Below, one piece after another: positions 1-10,063 of a stretch of DNA of 64,000 bases. The notes beneath the pieces are model-generated. The model saw nothing but the letters and a program-made list of their open reading frames with translations, ran no database searches and was not told the origin of the DNA. A program made the translations under genes and the position numbers. Every line of letters starts with the position of its first letter. Within the stretch, counting starts at the first letter, position 1. Source of the DNA: an uncultured Actinomycetes bacterium (GTDB lineage: Bacteria; Actinomycetota; UBA4738; HRBIN12); the NCBI GenBank assembly GCA_963736335.1, contig CAVTOC010000005.1, positions 506,428-570,427 on the forward strand, given 5' to 3'.

Positions 1-2
1 GG

Positions 3-200
3 ATCGCCGGCGTCGCGGAGGCCGCCGAGATCATGGGGTGGGACAAGCGCCGCGTGGTGACGTACCTCGACCGCGGGCAGTTCCCCGAGCCGCTGACCAC
101 GCTCGCCTCCGGCCGGATCTGGCTCCGTGAGGACATCGAGGCGTTCGCGGAGGAGTGGCGCCGCGACCATCCTCGTCCGGGTGGAGCATCGTCGGGATGA
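3..200 (+). CDS. AlpA/excisionase-like HTH DNA-binding protein, 5'-truncated by window edge
   Basis: Not in ORF track. Frame 3 reads IAGVAEAAEIMGWDKRRVVTYLDRGQFPEPLTTLASGRIWLREDIEAF...*, typical of AlpA/MerR-like Xis HTH. TGA at 198-200 overlaps next ATG (ATGA). Confidence 0.7.
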   Translation: MAGVAEAAEIMGWDKRRVVTYLDRGQFPEPLTTLASGRIWLREDIEAFAEEWRRDHPRPGGASSG

Positions 201-905
201 GCCGCGTGCTCTATCTGATCCGGCATGGCCGATCCGATCCTCGGCTCCGTCGAGATGTCCCCGACGGCACGGGGGGATCAATGGGATCCACCCTTGTCCG
301 AGGAGGGGCGACGCCAGGCGCAGGCGCTCGCGGCGCGTCTGCGGGTGATGGAGCTCGATCGCGTGACGGTCTGTTGCTCGCCGCTCCGCCGGACGCGCGA
401 GACCGTCGCGCCGTGGGCGGACGCCGCCGGGATCGACGTCGTGTTCGACGAGGATCTGATCGAAGCGCACATCGGGGGGTGGGAGGGCCTGCCGTTCGAA
501 GAGATCGTGGCGAGCGACGCGACCCTGGTTCACCGGATCCGCAACCAACAGGCGATCTGGAGCCATGCGCCGGGTGGCGAGAGCGAGGGCAACTTCCGAG
601 CTCGGGTCGTCGGCGCCGTCGATGCGATCTTGGCGGATCACCCCGACGGGGACGTCGTCGTCGTCGCGCACGGTGGCGTGATCAACGCGTTCTGCGGCGA
701 GGTCCTCGGGTTGTCGAACGCGATGTTCTTCCTGCCCGAGAACACGTCGATCAACAGCGTGGTCGTGGACGGGGACCGCCGGACGGTGCGGTTCCTGAAC
801 GACATCGGGCATCTCACGGACCCGCAGCTGTTCGGGGGCCATGGGGAGCCGTCGTTATACTCGGCGGGCGCCCGCGAGGCCCTCGAACCCGATGCGAAGG
901 AGTGA
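197..905 (+). CDS. Histidine phosphatase (phosphoglycerate mutase) family protein; frameshifted near 240
   Basis: MSRVLYLIRHG (RHG motif) from ATG 197, continuing in ORF 225..905 with DPPLS..G..QA, SPLRR..ET, VVAHGG, ENTSIN, LND..HL. Confidence 0.85.
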
Positions 906-908
906 TCC

Positions 909-1293
909 GTGGCTGTGAAGTTCCTGTCCGATGAGTGGGCGCAGGCCCTGAAGGCCGAGCTGAACGCGAGCGACGAGCTTCAAGGAAGCGGCGGCGGGCA
1001 AGACCGCGACGATCCAGCAGGTGATCGGTGGCGGGGAGGGCGAGATCCACTACTGGATCAGCATCGCCGACGGAGCGATCGACATGGGTATCGGCGATGC
1101 CGCGACGGCCGACGCCACGATCACCGAGACCTACGAGACGGCCGTCGCCCTCGCCAAGAGCGAGCTCTCGCCGGTCACGGCGTTCATGACCGGCAAGGTC
1201 AAGATCGCCGGCAACATGGGGATGCTCCTCGGCCTGCAGAGCGTGCTGGCGCTGCTTCCGGGAGCCATGGCCGCGATCGACGTCGAGTACTAG
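909..1293 (+). CDS. SCP2 sterol/lipid-binding domain protein; frameshifted near 980
   Basis: MAVKFLSDEW..ALKAELN N-terminus joined to ORF 1021..1293 with ADATIT and LSPVTAFMTGKVKIAGN, the SCP2 signature. Confidence 0.85.
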
Positions 1294-1718
1294 CCCGGCG
1301 GCCGTTCCTTGGTGACCGAGATCGTCGAGTGCGCCTTCGCGAGCAGCCGTCCTTCCGCGTCGGTGACGTCGGCTTCCGCGAACCCGAGCTGACTCCCGAT
1401 CTTGACCGAACGCCCGCGCGCGACGATCTTCCCGGGACGACCCGGCGAGAGGAACTCGACCCCGAGCTGGACCGTGACGTGTCGTCGGCCCGGCTGCAGC
1501 ACGGTCCGGACCGCCAACCCCATCGCCGTGTCCGCGAGCGTGGCGAGGATCCCGCCGTGCACCAAACCCTGCAGGTTGAGATGGTGCGGACCGGCCACGA
1601 ACGCGATCTCCACCAGGCCCGGCGACGCGTCAACGAGCTCCACGCCGGCCCATCGGTAGAACTCGCTGCCCTGCAAGCGACCTTGGAGATCTTGGATCAG
1701 CGTTCCGTGCTCGTCCAT
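1290..1718 (-). CDS. PaaI family (hotdog-fold) thioesterase
   Basis: C-terminal part of ORF 1290..2606: HLNLQGLVHGGILATLADTAMG, VTVQLGVEFLSP; start ATG at 1718. Confidence 0.9.
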   Translation of the reverse strand: MDEHGTLIQDLQGRLQGSEFYRWAGVELVDASPGLVEIAFVAGPHHLNLQGLVHGGILATLADTAMGLAVRTVLQPGRRHVTVQLGVEFLSPGRPGKIVARGRSVKIGSQLGFAEADVTDAEGRLLAKAHSTISVTKERPPG

Positions 1719-1761
1719 CCGCGGACCCCTCCGGGTGCGTAGTCTCCCACGGAAGAAGCGT

Positions 1762-1790
1762 TTGACGGTTCCCACGGCCGAACGCACAAT
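1762..1790 (+). promoter_or_regulatory. Putative sigma-70-type promoter of the nucleoside ABC operon
   Basis: TTGACG-17 nt-CACAAT upstream of a purine-rich RBS and ATG 1848. Confidence 0.6.
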
Positions 1791-1847
1791 CCGGAGCGCC
1801 GGGACCGGCTCACCGGTCAGGCAAGGGTACGGAAGGGGAGGGGAAGG

Positions 1848-2962
1848 ATGCGCAAAGGTTTCGTGCGGTTCGCTGTGCCGCTGGTCCTCATAGGGATGGT
1901 GTCGGCGGCGTGCAGCAACAACAACGACAACGCGGGTTCGAGCGGATCGACCGGTACGAGTGGTTCGACCGGCTCTCCGAGTGTGCAGTGCAACGCAGAC
2001 ATCAAGGTGGGTCTCGCCTTGGACGTCGGCGGCCTCGGTGACCAGTCGTTCAACGACGCGGCCAACCGTGGGCTTCAGCAGGCGATCGCGGACGGGCTCG
2101 TGTGCGAGGAGAACGTCAAGCTCGTTCCGGCCAATGCCGCCGGCTCGAACCTCGACAGCAACATCCAGGCGCTCGCGAGCGCCGGCTACCAGTACGTCGA
2201 GGGTGTCGGGTTCTCGTTCTCCCCGGGCGTGTGCAAGGTCGCTGGCGACTTCCCGAACACCGACTTCGCCGTGGTCGACGGGTACACCCAGTTCATCAAG
2301 GGGTGCGACCAGTTCCCCGAACGTCCTCGACCTGAGCTTCGCCGCGAACGAAGGGTCATACCTCGTCGGGATCGCCGCGGCGATGCAGGCACAGAAGGAT
2401 GGCTCGAACACCGTCGGCTTCCTCGGCGGACAGACCGGTCCGTTGATCGGGTCGTTCGAGGGCGGGTACGAAGCAGGTGTCGCGAGCGTCGACAAGAACA
2501 TCAAGGTGCTCGTCGAGTACATCGGTGACAGCACCCAGGCGTTCGTCAACCCGACCGCCGGCAAGGCCCTGTCCGAGAAGATGTACTCCGAAGGCGCCGA
2601 CGTCATCTACCACGCCGCCGGCCTGTCGGGAGCGGGGCTGTTCCAAGCGGCAGCCGAGAAGAGCAAGTACGCGATCGGCGTCGACTCCGACCAGTACCTG
2701 ACGGCCAGCGCGGCCGAGCAGAAGTGGATCATCACGTCTGCGCTCAAGCGGGTCGACACCGCGACGTACGACACGATCAAAGCCGTGGGCGATGGCTCGT
2801 TCAAGGGCGGCACGCAGACCTTCAACCTGGCCAACGATGGGGTTGGGTTCGCGACGAGCAACCCGACGCTGCTGACTTCGGACATGGTCGACGCGATGGA
2901 GGCCGCACAGAAGAAGATCATCGACGGGACCATCACCGTCCCCACCGGAGCCCCAGCAGTAG
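1848..2962 (+). CDS. BMP family ABC transporter substrate-binding lipoprotein (nucleoside-binding); frameshifted near 2315 and probably near 2946
   Basis: Lipobox SAAC; DVGGLGDQSFN, EGSYLVG, GADVIYHAAG, AIGVDSDQ, SALKRVD motifs over ORFs 1848..2528 and 1960..3039. Removing one G gives ITVPTEPQQ* ending at TAG 2962 (ORF track runs on to 3039). Confidence 0.85.
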
Positions 2963-2980
2963 TCCGACCGGAAGCGATCG

Positions 2981-4507
2981 ATGGAACGACGAACGAGCGG
3001 GGCGCGAGAGCGCCCCGCTCGTCGTGCTCGAAGGCGTGACGCAAGCGGTTCCCCGGGTGTCGTCGCGAACGACGATGTGTCCCTGGAGCTCCGTGCCGGG
3101 GAGATCCACGCGCTCGTCGGAGAGAACGGAGCGGGCAAGTCGACGCTCATGCGCGTGCTCTACGGCATCTATCCGGCCGACGGCGGGAGGATCCTGGTGC
3201 ACGGCAACGAGTTGAAGCTCTCGTCGCCTCGGGTCGCCATCGCCAACGGCATCGGGATGGTGCACCAGCACTTCGTTCTCGTGGATCCCTTCACCGTCAC
3301 CGAGAACATCATCCTGGGCGACGAGGGCGCCTGGCGTCTCGACCTGGGAGCGGCGAACGAGCGTGTGAGGGAGCTCGCGGAGTCGTTCGGGTTCACGGTC
3401 GATCCTGCCGCGAAGGTGGAAGACCTCTCGGTCGGGGAGGAGCAACGGGTCGAGATCCTGAAAGCGCTCTACCGAGGCGTCGAGATCCTGATCCTGGACG
3501 AGCCGACCGCGGTCCTCACCCCGCAAGAGACCCGGGAGCTGTTCGGCAACCTCCTGCGTTTGCGCGAATCACGGCAAGACCATCGTCTTCATCAGCCACA
3601 AGCTCGACGAGGTGCTGCGAGATCGCCGACCGGATCACGGTCCTTCGCCGCGGCAAGGTGGTGGGCGAGACGACGCCGGCGCAGACCTCGAAGGAGCAGT
3701 TGGCCGAGATGATGGTCGGGCGTCCGGTGCTGTTCCGGCTCGAGAAGCCGACGGTCGAGCCGGGCGAGCCCATCCTGCAGGTGGAGGGCCTCACCGGGGG
3801 CAGGCTCCACGGGATCGACCTCGAGGTGCGGGCCGGCGAGATCGTGGGGGTCGCCGGCGTCGAGGGGAACGGCCAGCGCGAGCTCGCCGAGGCGTTGGTC
3901 GGCCTGACCCCACCCGACGCCGGACGGATCCTGCTCGAAGGGAAAGACATCGCGGGATGGTCGGTTGACCAGGTCCGCGATGCCGGCGTCGCATTCATCC
4001 CGGAGGACCGGCACGAACAGGGGCTGGTGCTCTCCATGAGCCTGTGGGAGAACTCGGTCCTCGGACGCCAGGACGACGCCGAGTTCTCAGGACGTATCGT
4101 GCTCTTCATCCGCACGATCAAGGAGCTGGCGGCGGATCTCATCAAACGCTTCGACGTGCGAGCGCGGAACATCAACGTCACCGCCGGCACGCTGTCGGGA
4201 GGCAATCAGCAGAAGCTGATCCTCGCACGTGAACTGGAGACCGATCCGAGGCTCCTCGTCGCCGCCCAGCCCACCCGCGGGCTGGATGTCGGCGCGATCG
4301 AGTTCGTCTGGAAGCAGATCCTGGAGCAGAAGGCAGCAGGGCCGTGCCGTTCTCCTGATCTCCGCGGAGCTGGATGAGATCTACGCGCTCTCGGATCGGA
4401 TCGTGACGCTGTACGAAGGACGGATCACCGGTGAGTTCACTCCCGACGCGGCGCCGGAGGCGATCGGCGTCGGCATGACGGGAGCCCGGGCGGGGGACCC
4501 AGCCTGA
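2981..4507 (+). CDS. Nucleoside/sugar ABC transporter ATP-binding protein (two ATPase domains); several frameshifts
   Basis: [33 protein letters not shown]; second domain [36 protein letters not shown] across ORFs 2981..3712, 3658..4377, 4229..4507. Confidence 0.9.
2993..3022 (+). other. Perfect 13-bp RNA hairpin with GAGA (GNRA) tetraloop at the SBP/ATPase gene junction
   Basis: ACGAGCGGGGCGC-GAGA-GCGCCCCGCTCGT; no U-tract. Confidence 0.7.
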
Positions 4508-5665
4508 TGGCCACGCCGACGATCACCCGTGTGGCTCGTCGGGAGCAGCTGGCCGAGATCGGACTCCAGGTCGTGGCGTTCCTGATCGCGCTGGCGATCG
4601 CGCTCGGGATCGGATCGCTGATCATCCTCGGCTACCACGACAGCCCGATCGCGGTGTACTCGGCCGTCGTGAAGTTCTCGTTCGGGTCGCTGGACGGGTT
4701 CTCGCGGATGCTCGTCATCGCGACGCCGTTGATCTTCTCGGCCCTCGCGGTCGCCGTCTGCTACAAGGCGGCGATGTTCAACATCGGAGTCGAGGGTCAG
4801 TACCTGGTGGCGATGGGGGTGGCGACGGTCGCGGCCGCGCACTTCGGATTCCTCGGCGTGCTCCAGTTCCCCGCCGTGTTGATCTTCGCGATGATCGGAG
4901 GGATGGCGTATGCGGCCATCCCCGCCGTGCTCAAGGTGAAGACCGGGGCGCACGAGGTCGTCACCACGATCATGTTGAACGGCGTCGCGATCAGTCTGGT
5001 CGCGTGGGCGCTCCGGGGCCCGCTCAAGTACACCGACAAGGCCGGCGCGTTCAACATCAACCTCCGGTCCGACCTCTTCCCGGACAGCGCGATGGCCCCG
5101 AACCTGGGCCATCTCTTCGGCGTGGGCACCGACGTTCCGCTCAACCTGCTGCTTCCGATCGGGGTCCTCTGCTCGGTGCTGGTCTGGTACTTCCTGAAGC
5201 GGATGCGTCTGGGCTACGAGGCCCGCGCCGTCGGTTCGTCGCCGGGGTCTGCGCGCGCAGGTGGGATCTCCATCGGCGCGGTCCAGATCAAGGTCTTCCT
5301 GATCTCGGGGGCGTTGGCCGGGTTGGTGGGCATGCAGCAGATCCTGGGGCTCAACAACTACCTGCCGTTGAACTACGAGGCCGGGCTGGGGTTCACCGGT
5401 ATCGCCGTGGCGTTCCTGGGTCAGAACAACCCGTTCGGCATCATCGCGGCCGCGATCATGTGGGCGGTGCTGGCGCGCGGTCAGGACGCGATCCTCATCG
5501 AGACCACGGTCCCGCGTCGAGATCATCATCATCCTGCAGGCGATCTTGATCCTGACGGTCGTGATCGCCTTCCAGGTCGCCAAGCGGAGGATCGCCCGCC
5601 GTCGGCTCAGGCTCGCAGCGGTGCAGGATCAGGATTTCGAGGACGCGGACCAGGAGGCAGCTTGA
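4507..5665 (+). CDS. Nucleoside ABC transporter permease 1; frameshift near 5515
   Basis: FNIGVEGQ, GAHEVVTTIMLN, GFTGIAVAFLGQNNP. Corrected frame stops at TGA 5663-5665, overlapping the next ATG. Confidence 0.85.
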
Positions 5666-6604
5666 TGTTCTCCAACCTGGGGAGTGCGTTCGCCACGGCG
5701 TTCGAGTACTTCACGATCATCTACCTGACCGGGCTGGGCGGCTTGTTCAGCGAACGGTCGGGCATCGTGAACATCGGTCTCGAGGGGATGATGATCATCG
5801 GGACGGTGTCCGGCGCCTACGGGGTCGTGCACTGGGGGCCGGTGGGCGGATTGGCGTTCGGGTTCCTCTGCGGCGCGCTCTACGCGTTGATCCACGCCGC
5901 CGCCACCGTGACGTTCAAGGTGGACCACATCGTCTCGGGGGTCGTCATCAACCTCGCCGCCGTTGGTGTGGCCCGGTTCCTGTCCCAGCTCTGGTTCGGA
6001 CAGGCCACGCAGTCCAATCCGGGGGAGCCGCACCTCCACCCGATCGACATCCCCTTACTCTCGAAGCTTCCGTGGGGTCTCGGCAACGCCTTCCAGAACA
6101 TGTCGCCGATGGTGATCGTCGCGTTCCTGCTGGTCTTCCCCGTGTCGTACGTGCTGTATCGGACGCGGTTCGGCCTCCGCCTCCGCTCGACCGGCGAGAA
6201 TCCCGAGGCAACGCGTTCACTGGGTGTCGCGGTGGCCCCGATCCAGTACGTGGCGGTCATGCTGTCCGGCGCCTTGGCGGGGATGGCGGGAGCGTTCCTC
6301 GCGTTCGAAGTCAACGATCACTGGCGCGAGGGGCAGACGGTCGGCCTCGGGTTCATCGCGCTGGCCGCCCTTATCTTGTCGAACTGGGATCCGAAGCGGC
6401 TTGCTCGCGGCGGCGATGCTCTTCGGGTTCGCGCAGGCGATACCGTTCTGGCTGAACGACGCCCCGATCATCCGGTTGCTGCCACCGGAGTTCATCCGGA
6501 TGATCCCGTACGTCGTGACGATCGTCGCGATCGCCGGGTTCGTCGGGAAGGTCAGACCGCCGGCCGCCGCGGGCAAGGCTTACGAAGGCGGCAGCGCACT
6601 CTGA
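5665..6604 (+). CDS. Nucleoside ABC transporter permease 2; frameshift near 6408
   Basis: SERSGIVNIGLEGMM, RTRFGLRLRSTGENP, GFIALAALI; C-terminus PYVVTI...RPPAAAGKAY in ORF 6224..6604. Confidence 0.85.
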
Positions 6605-6608
6605 GCCG

Positions 6609-7229
6609 TCATTCGGTCCCGTACAACCGGTCCCCGAAATCGCCGAGGCCCGGCAGGATGTACGCGTTCGCGTTGAGCTGACGGTCGAGCGCGCCCGCCA
6701 CGATCGGGACGTCCGGATGATCGGCCTCCATGCGGGCGATACCCTCAGGTGCCGCCACCACGCAGACGAACGTGACTCCTCGCGGTCCGGCCGCCTTCAC
6801 GTACGCGGCCGCGGCGGAGCCCGAGCCGCCCGTGGCGAGCATAGGATCGAGCAGCAGCGCGTGGCGTCCGCCGAGCGGGGGGAGCTTCGCGTAGTAGTCG
6901 CGTGGCTCGTGCGTCTCCTCGTCACGCTCCATGCCCAGGTAGCCCACCATCGTGTCGGGATACAGGTCGGTGACGGCGTCGAGCAATCCGAGACCGGCTC
7001 GGAGGACGGGGATCGCGACCAGGTCGACGCCGAGGGCGGAGCCTGTGAACGGCTCCAGCGGCGTTCGGACCTCGGCGGGCACGACGGGGAGGTCCCGGGT
7101 GGCCTCGACCACCAGGATCGCGCCCAGCCGCCGGGTCAAGGACCTGAACTCCACAGGTCCGGTTCGCTCATCGCGCAGCCGCGTGAGCAGATCGGCGGCG
7201 AGCGGATGGTCGACGACGGTGAGCGACAT
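6609..7229 (-). CDS. upp: Uracil phosphoribosyltransferase
   Basis: VDHPL, LRD, PVLRAGLG, RDEET, LLDPMLATGGS, YILPGLGDFGDRLYGT. Confidence 0.95.
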   Translation of the reverse strand: MSLTVVDHPLAADLLTRLRDERTGPVEFRSLTRRLGAILVVEATRDLPVVPAEVRTPLEPFTGSALGVDLVAIPVLRAGLGLLDAVTDLYPDTMVGYLGMERDEETHEPRDYYAKLPPLGGRHALLLDPMLATGGSGSAAAAYVKAAGPRGVTFVCVVAAPEGIARMEADHPDVPIVAGALDRQLNANAYILPGLGDFGDRLYGTE

Positions 7230-7306
7230 GTGGTGCATCTTACGTATCGCCCGTATCGTCGACTCCCCGATGCAGGGCCGGTCGCTCGACCGCCGGCGAC
7301 GTTCGA

Positions 7307-7969
7307 CTAGGCAAGAAGTCGGAGGACGGCTTCGAGTCCTCGAGACTCCAGGGCGTGCTGTGCCGGGAGGATCAGCGTGGGGATGCCGATCGATGCCGCA
7401 CCGCCATCGTGTGAAGCTCGATCGCCAACCATGAGCGCCTCGCATGCTTCGATGTCCAACGCGTCGAGTGCCAGAGTGAACATCCGCGGATCCGGTTTCT
7501 GGATGCCGTGCTCGAAGGACAACACGTAGGTGTCGATGAGGTGCCCGACCCCGTCCTCGGCGAGGTCCACGCGCAGGTCGAAGTGGATATCGCTGACGAG
7601 TGCGATCTTGACGCCGAGTTCTTTGATCGCGGCCAGCACCTGGGGGACGTCTGGATAGAGCGGATGACTCGCGGGATCGAAGTCGAGGAGATAGAGAGCC
7701 TCCGCGAGTTCGGTGTCGAGCCCTCCCCGATCGAACCAGAGCATCATCGAAGAGCGGTTGAGCTCGGCCGACCGATCTGCTCCCAGCTCAGCTTCCAGGA
7801 CTTCTGGACGCTCACCGGCTACGGTCAGACCGGCAACGGCGACCTCCACCGTGTGGGGATCCGCTGCGCGGCCGAGCGACTCGAGGGCGCGACGGATCCA
7901 CCATTCGAGCGGGGGGTCCCACGCCAGCGTGCCTCGCCAATCGAACAGCACCGCACGGTAGCGAGCCAT
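7307..7969 (-). CDS. HAD-superfamily hydrolase
   Basis: VLFDWRGTL (motif I variant), LVSD, QKPDPRMF, MVGDRASHDG. Confidence 0.85.
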   Translation of the reverse strand: MARYRAVLFDWRGTLAWDPPLEWWIRRALESLGRAADPHTVEVAVAGLTVAGERPEVLEAELGADRSAELNRSSMMLWFDRGGLDTELAEALYLLDFDPASHPLYPDVPQVLAAIKELGVKIALVSDIHFDLRVDLAEDGVGHLIDTYVLSFEHGIQKPDPRMFTLALDALDIEACEALMVGDRASHDGGAASIGIPTLILPAQHALESRGLEAVLRLLA

Positions 7970-8009
7970 GAACGGATCCTCCCACGGACCGAGGGTTCGT
8001 TGACGAGGC

Positions 8010-8039
8010 TTGTCACTCTCCGCCGTTCGGTGGCAGGAT
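8010..8039 (+). promoter_or_regulatory. Putative promoter of the leader peptide-DAHP synthase transcript
   Basis: TTGTCA-18 nt-CAGGAT, ending 9 nt before the leader ATG. Confidence 0.45.
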
Positions 8040-8048
8040 GACCGCCAC

Positions 8049-8102
8049 ATGCAGGACTTCTTCTACGGCCGGTTTACCTACGACGGGCGCGGCCCGGCGT
8101 AG
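8049..8102 (+). CDS. Phe/Tyr-rich attenuator leader peptide (MQDFFYGRFTYDGRGPA*)
   Basis: 17 codons, 3 Phe + 2 Tyr including tandem TTC TTC TAC; immediately followed by a terminator hairpin and the DAHP synthase gene. Confidence 0.75.
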   Translation: MQDFFYGRFTYDGRGPA

Positions 8103-8129
8103 TCGCCTACCGTAGACGAGCGGACAGCG

Positions 8130-8155
8130 ACCCCGGGCCGGACCCGGGGTTTTCT
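8130..8155 (+). terminator. Intrinsic terminator of the attenuator
   Basis: ACCCCGGG-CCGGA-CCCGGGGT followed by TTTCT, lying upstream of (not after) the downstream gene. Confidence 0.8.
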
Positions 8156-8208
8156 CATCCCTGGGTGGCCCGTGGTCCCGGGATATGCCAAGAGAAACGG
8201 GGAGCGAC

Positions 8209-9228
8209 ATGGTCGTCGTGATGAAGGCAGACGCAACCGACGCGGACATCGAGGCCGTGGCGGAGAAGGTGCGCGCCGCGGGCGGCGAGGCATTCGTCTC
8301 GCGTGGGACGGTCCACACGATCATCGGTCTGGTCGGGGACACCGCCAGGTTCCAGACGATCCCGTTCAAGCAGATGCCGGGCGTCGATCACGTGATCCAG
8401 GTCGGCAAGCCTTACAAGATGGTCGCGCGCGACCTGCACCCCGAGACGACGACCGTGAAGGTGGGGACCACGCCCGTCGGCCGCGACTCGTTCACGATCA
8501 TCGCGGGGCCGTGCGCGGTGGAGTCGGAGGAGCAGGCGTTCACGGCGACGCGGGCGGCCAAGGCCGCGGGCGCCACGATCCTGCGCGGCGACATCTACAA
8601 GCCGCGGACCTCTCCCTACTCGTTCCAGGGACTCGGCGAACGGGGGTTGGAGATCCTGGGGGAGTGTCGCCGCGACACGGGCCTGCCGATCATCGTGGAG
8701 GTCGTCGACGTGTCGCAGGTGGAGGGCGTCGCCGAGGTGGCCGACTGCATCCGGGTGGGCACGCGCAACGCGCAGAACTTCGAGCTCCTGAAGGAGGTCG
8801 GCCAGACCCACAAGCCCGTGATGCTGAAGCGCGGTCTGGCCATGACGATCGACGAGTGGCTCCAGGCCGCCGAGTACGTGGCGCAGCGCGGGAACTCGGA
8901 GATCATCCTGTGCGAACGCGGCATCCGGACGTTCGAGCCCTCGACCCGCAACACGCTCGACCTGGCGGGGATGGCGGTCGCGCAATCCGAGACGCACCTG
9001 CCGGTGATCGTCGACCCGTCCCACGCCGTCGGGAAGCACGACCTGGTCGCGCCGATGGCGCTCGCGTCGGTCGCGGCCGGCGCCGACGGCGTGATGATCG
9101 ACGTGCATCCCGATCCGGAGCAGGCGCTCTGCGACGGACCGCAGGCGCTCACGCCGGACGAGATGGTGTTGCTCGGTCACGAGCTGGAGGCGGTGGCGGC
9201 GGCCGTCGGCCGTCCCGTCAACCGGTGA
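8209..9228 (+). CDS. aroF: 3-deoxy-7-phosphoheptulonate (DAHP) synthase, type I-beta with N-terminal ACT-like regulatory domain
   Basis: MVVVMK N-terminal domain, IAGPCAVES, KPRTSPYSFQGLG, RNAQNF, LKRG, LCERGIRTFE, VDPSH, CDGPQ. Confidence 0.93.
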   Translation: MVVVMKADATDADIEAVAEKVRAAGGEAFVSRGTVHTIIGLVGDTARFQTIPFKQMPGVDHVIQVGKPYKMVARDLHPETTTVKVGTTPVGRDSFTIIAGPCAVESEEQAFTATRAAKAAGATILRGDIYKPRTSPYSFQGLGERGLEILGECRRDTGLPIIVEVVDVSQVEGVAEVADCIRVGTRNAQNFELLKEVGQTHKPVMLKRGLAMTIDEWLQAAEYVAQRGNSEIILCERGIRTFEPSTRNTLDLAGMAVAQSETHLPVIVDPSHAVGKHDLVAPMALASVAAGADGVMIDVHPDPEQALCDGPQALTPDEMVLLGHELEAVAAAVGRPVNR

Positions 9229-9233
9229 GGGCG

Positions 9234-10017
9234 TCACACCGCGACGTCGGGCGTGAGCTCGACGATGTCCGCGGTCTTGCGCCACCGTGTCAGCGACTCG
9301 GCGGGGGCGCCGGCGCGGCTCTTCCGCTTGTCGACCAGGAGCTTCGCCGCCTCTTCCCACTCCGGGCCTTCGAGCCGTCGCTGCGCGGCGTAGAACTCCT
9401 CGAGCTCGGTGTCGCGCAGCTTCCGCCGGGTGATCACCAGGAGCTGGTTGGCGTCGGGCACGCCGGGGATGGTCTGCTCGTCGGGACCCGGCTCCTTCTG
9501 CGACAGGACGTAGATCTTCCCGTTCTTGTAGGCGAACCATGCCGGCACCGTCCGGCGGTGCCCGTTCGGCGACTCGGTCCCGACCCAGATCACGTCGGAC
9601 TTCTTCAAACCGTCCTCGGTCTCCTTGGGGAGCTTGGCGGGCGCCGACTGGACGTAGACGGGCACCTCGATCTCGCCCACGATCTCGCCGTTCAGGATGA
9701 ACGACGCGACGAACGAGCCGGTCTCGTCGATCACGGCGTCCTCGACGGTGTCCACCTCGGTGGTGAGGTCCATGGCGCCGGCCATACGGCGAGGCTCTGG
9801 GCCCCATCGATAGATCGTGCGCCCGGACGGCCCGATCAGCCGGATCTCTTCGCTGACGAATCCGGTCGGCACCTTCCAGGCTCGGAACAGCACGAACGGA
9901 AGCGCCGGGCCGGGTTGGCCGACCAGGTAGATGCCGTCGCTGGCCTTGTTCGCCGTACGCCTCCCAGACGCGCTCGTCAACGACGGCGGCGGCGACCAGC
10001 TCTCCGATGTTGCTCAT
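9234..10017 (-). CDS. Hypothetical two-domain protein; C-terminal half resembles pyridoxamine-oxidase-like split barrel; frameshift near 9950
   Basis: ORF 9234..9980 with good coding bias. N-terminus MSNIGELVAAAVVDERVW in adjacent frame from ATG 10017; VIWVGT..GHRRTVPAWFAY..GKIYV. Confidence 0.55.
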
Positions 10018-10063
10018 GCGCGGGCAAGGATATACGACCCGGGGGTGCGCACAGGCGTGCGGC

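Noticed and set aside
4507-6681. 724-aa fused double permease in the ORF track
   Set aside because: Artefact of an indel near 5515; the corrected frame stops at 5665 with a TGATG overlap.
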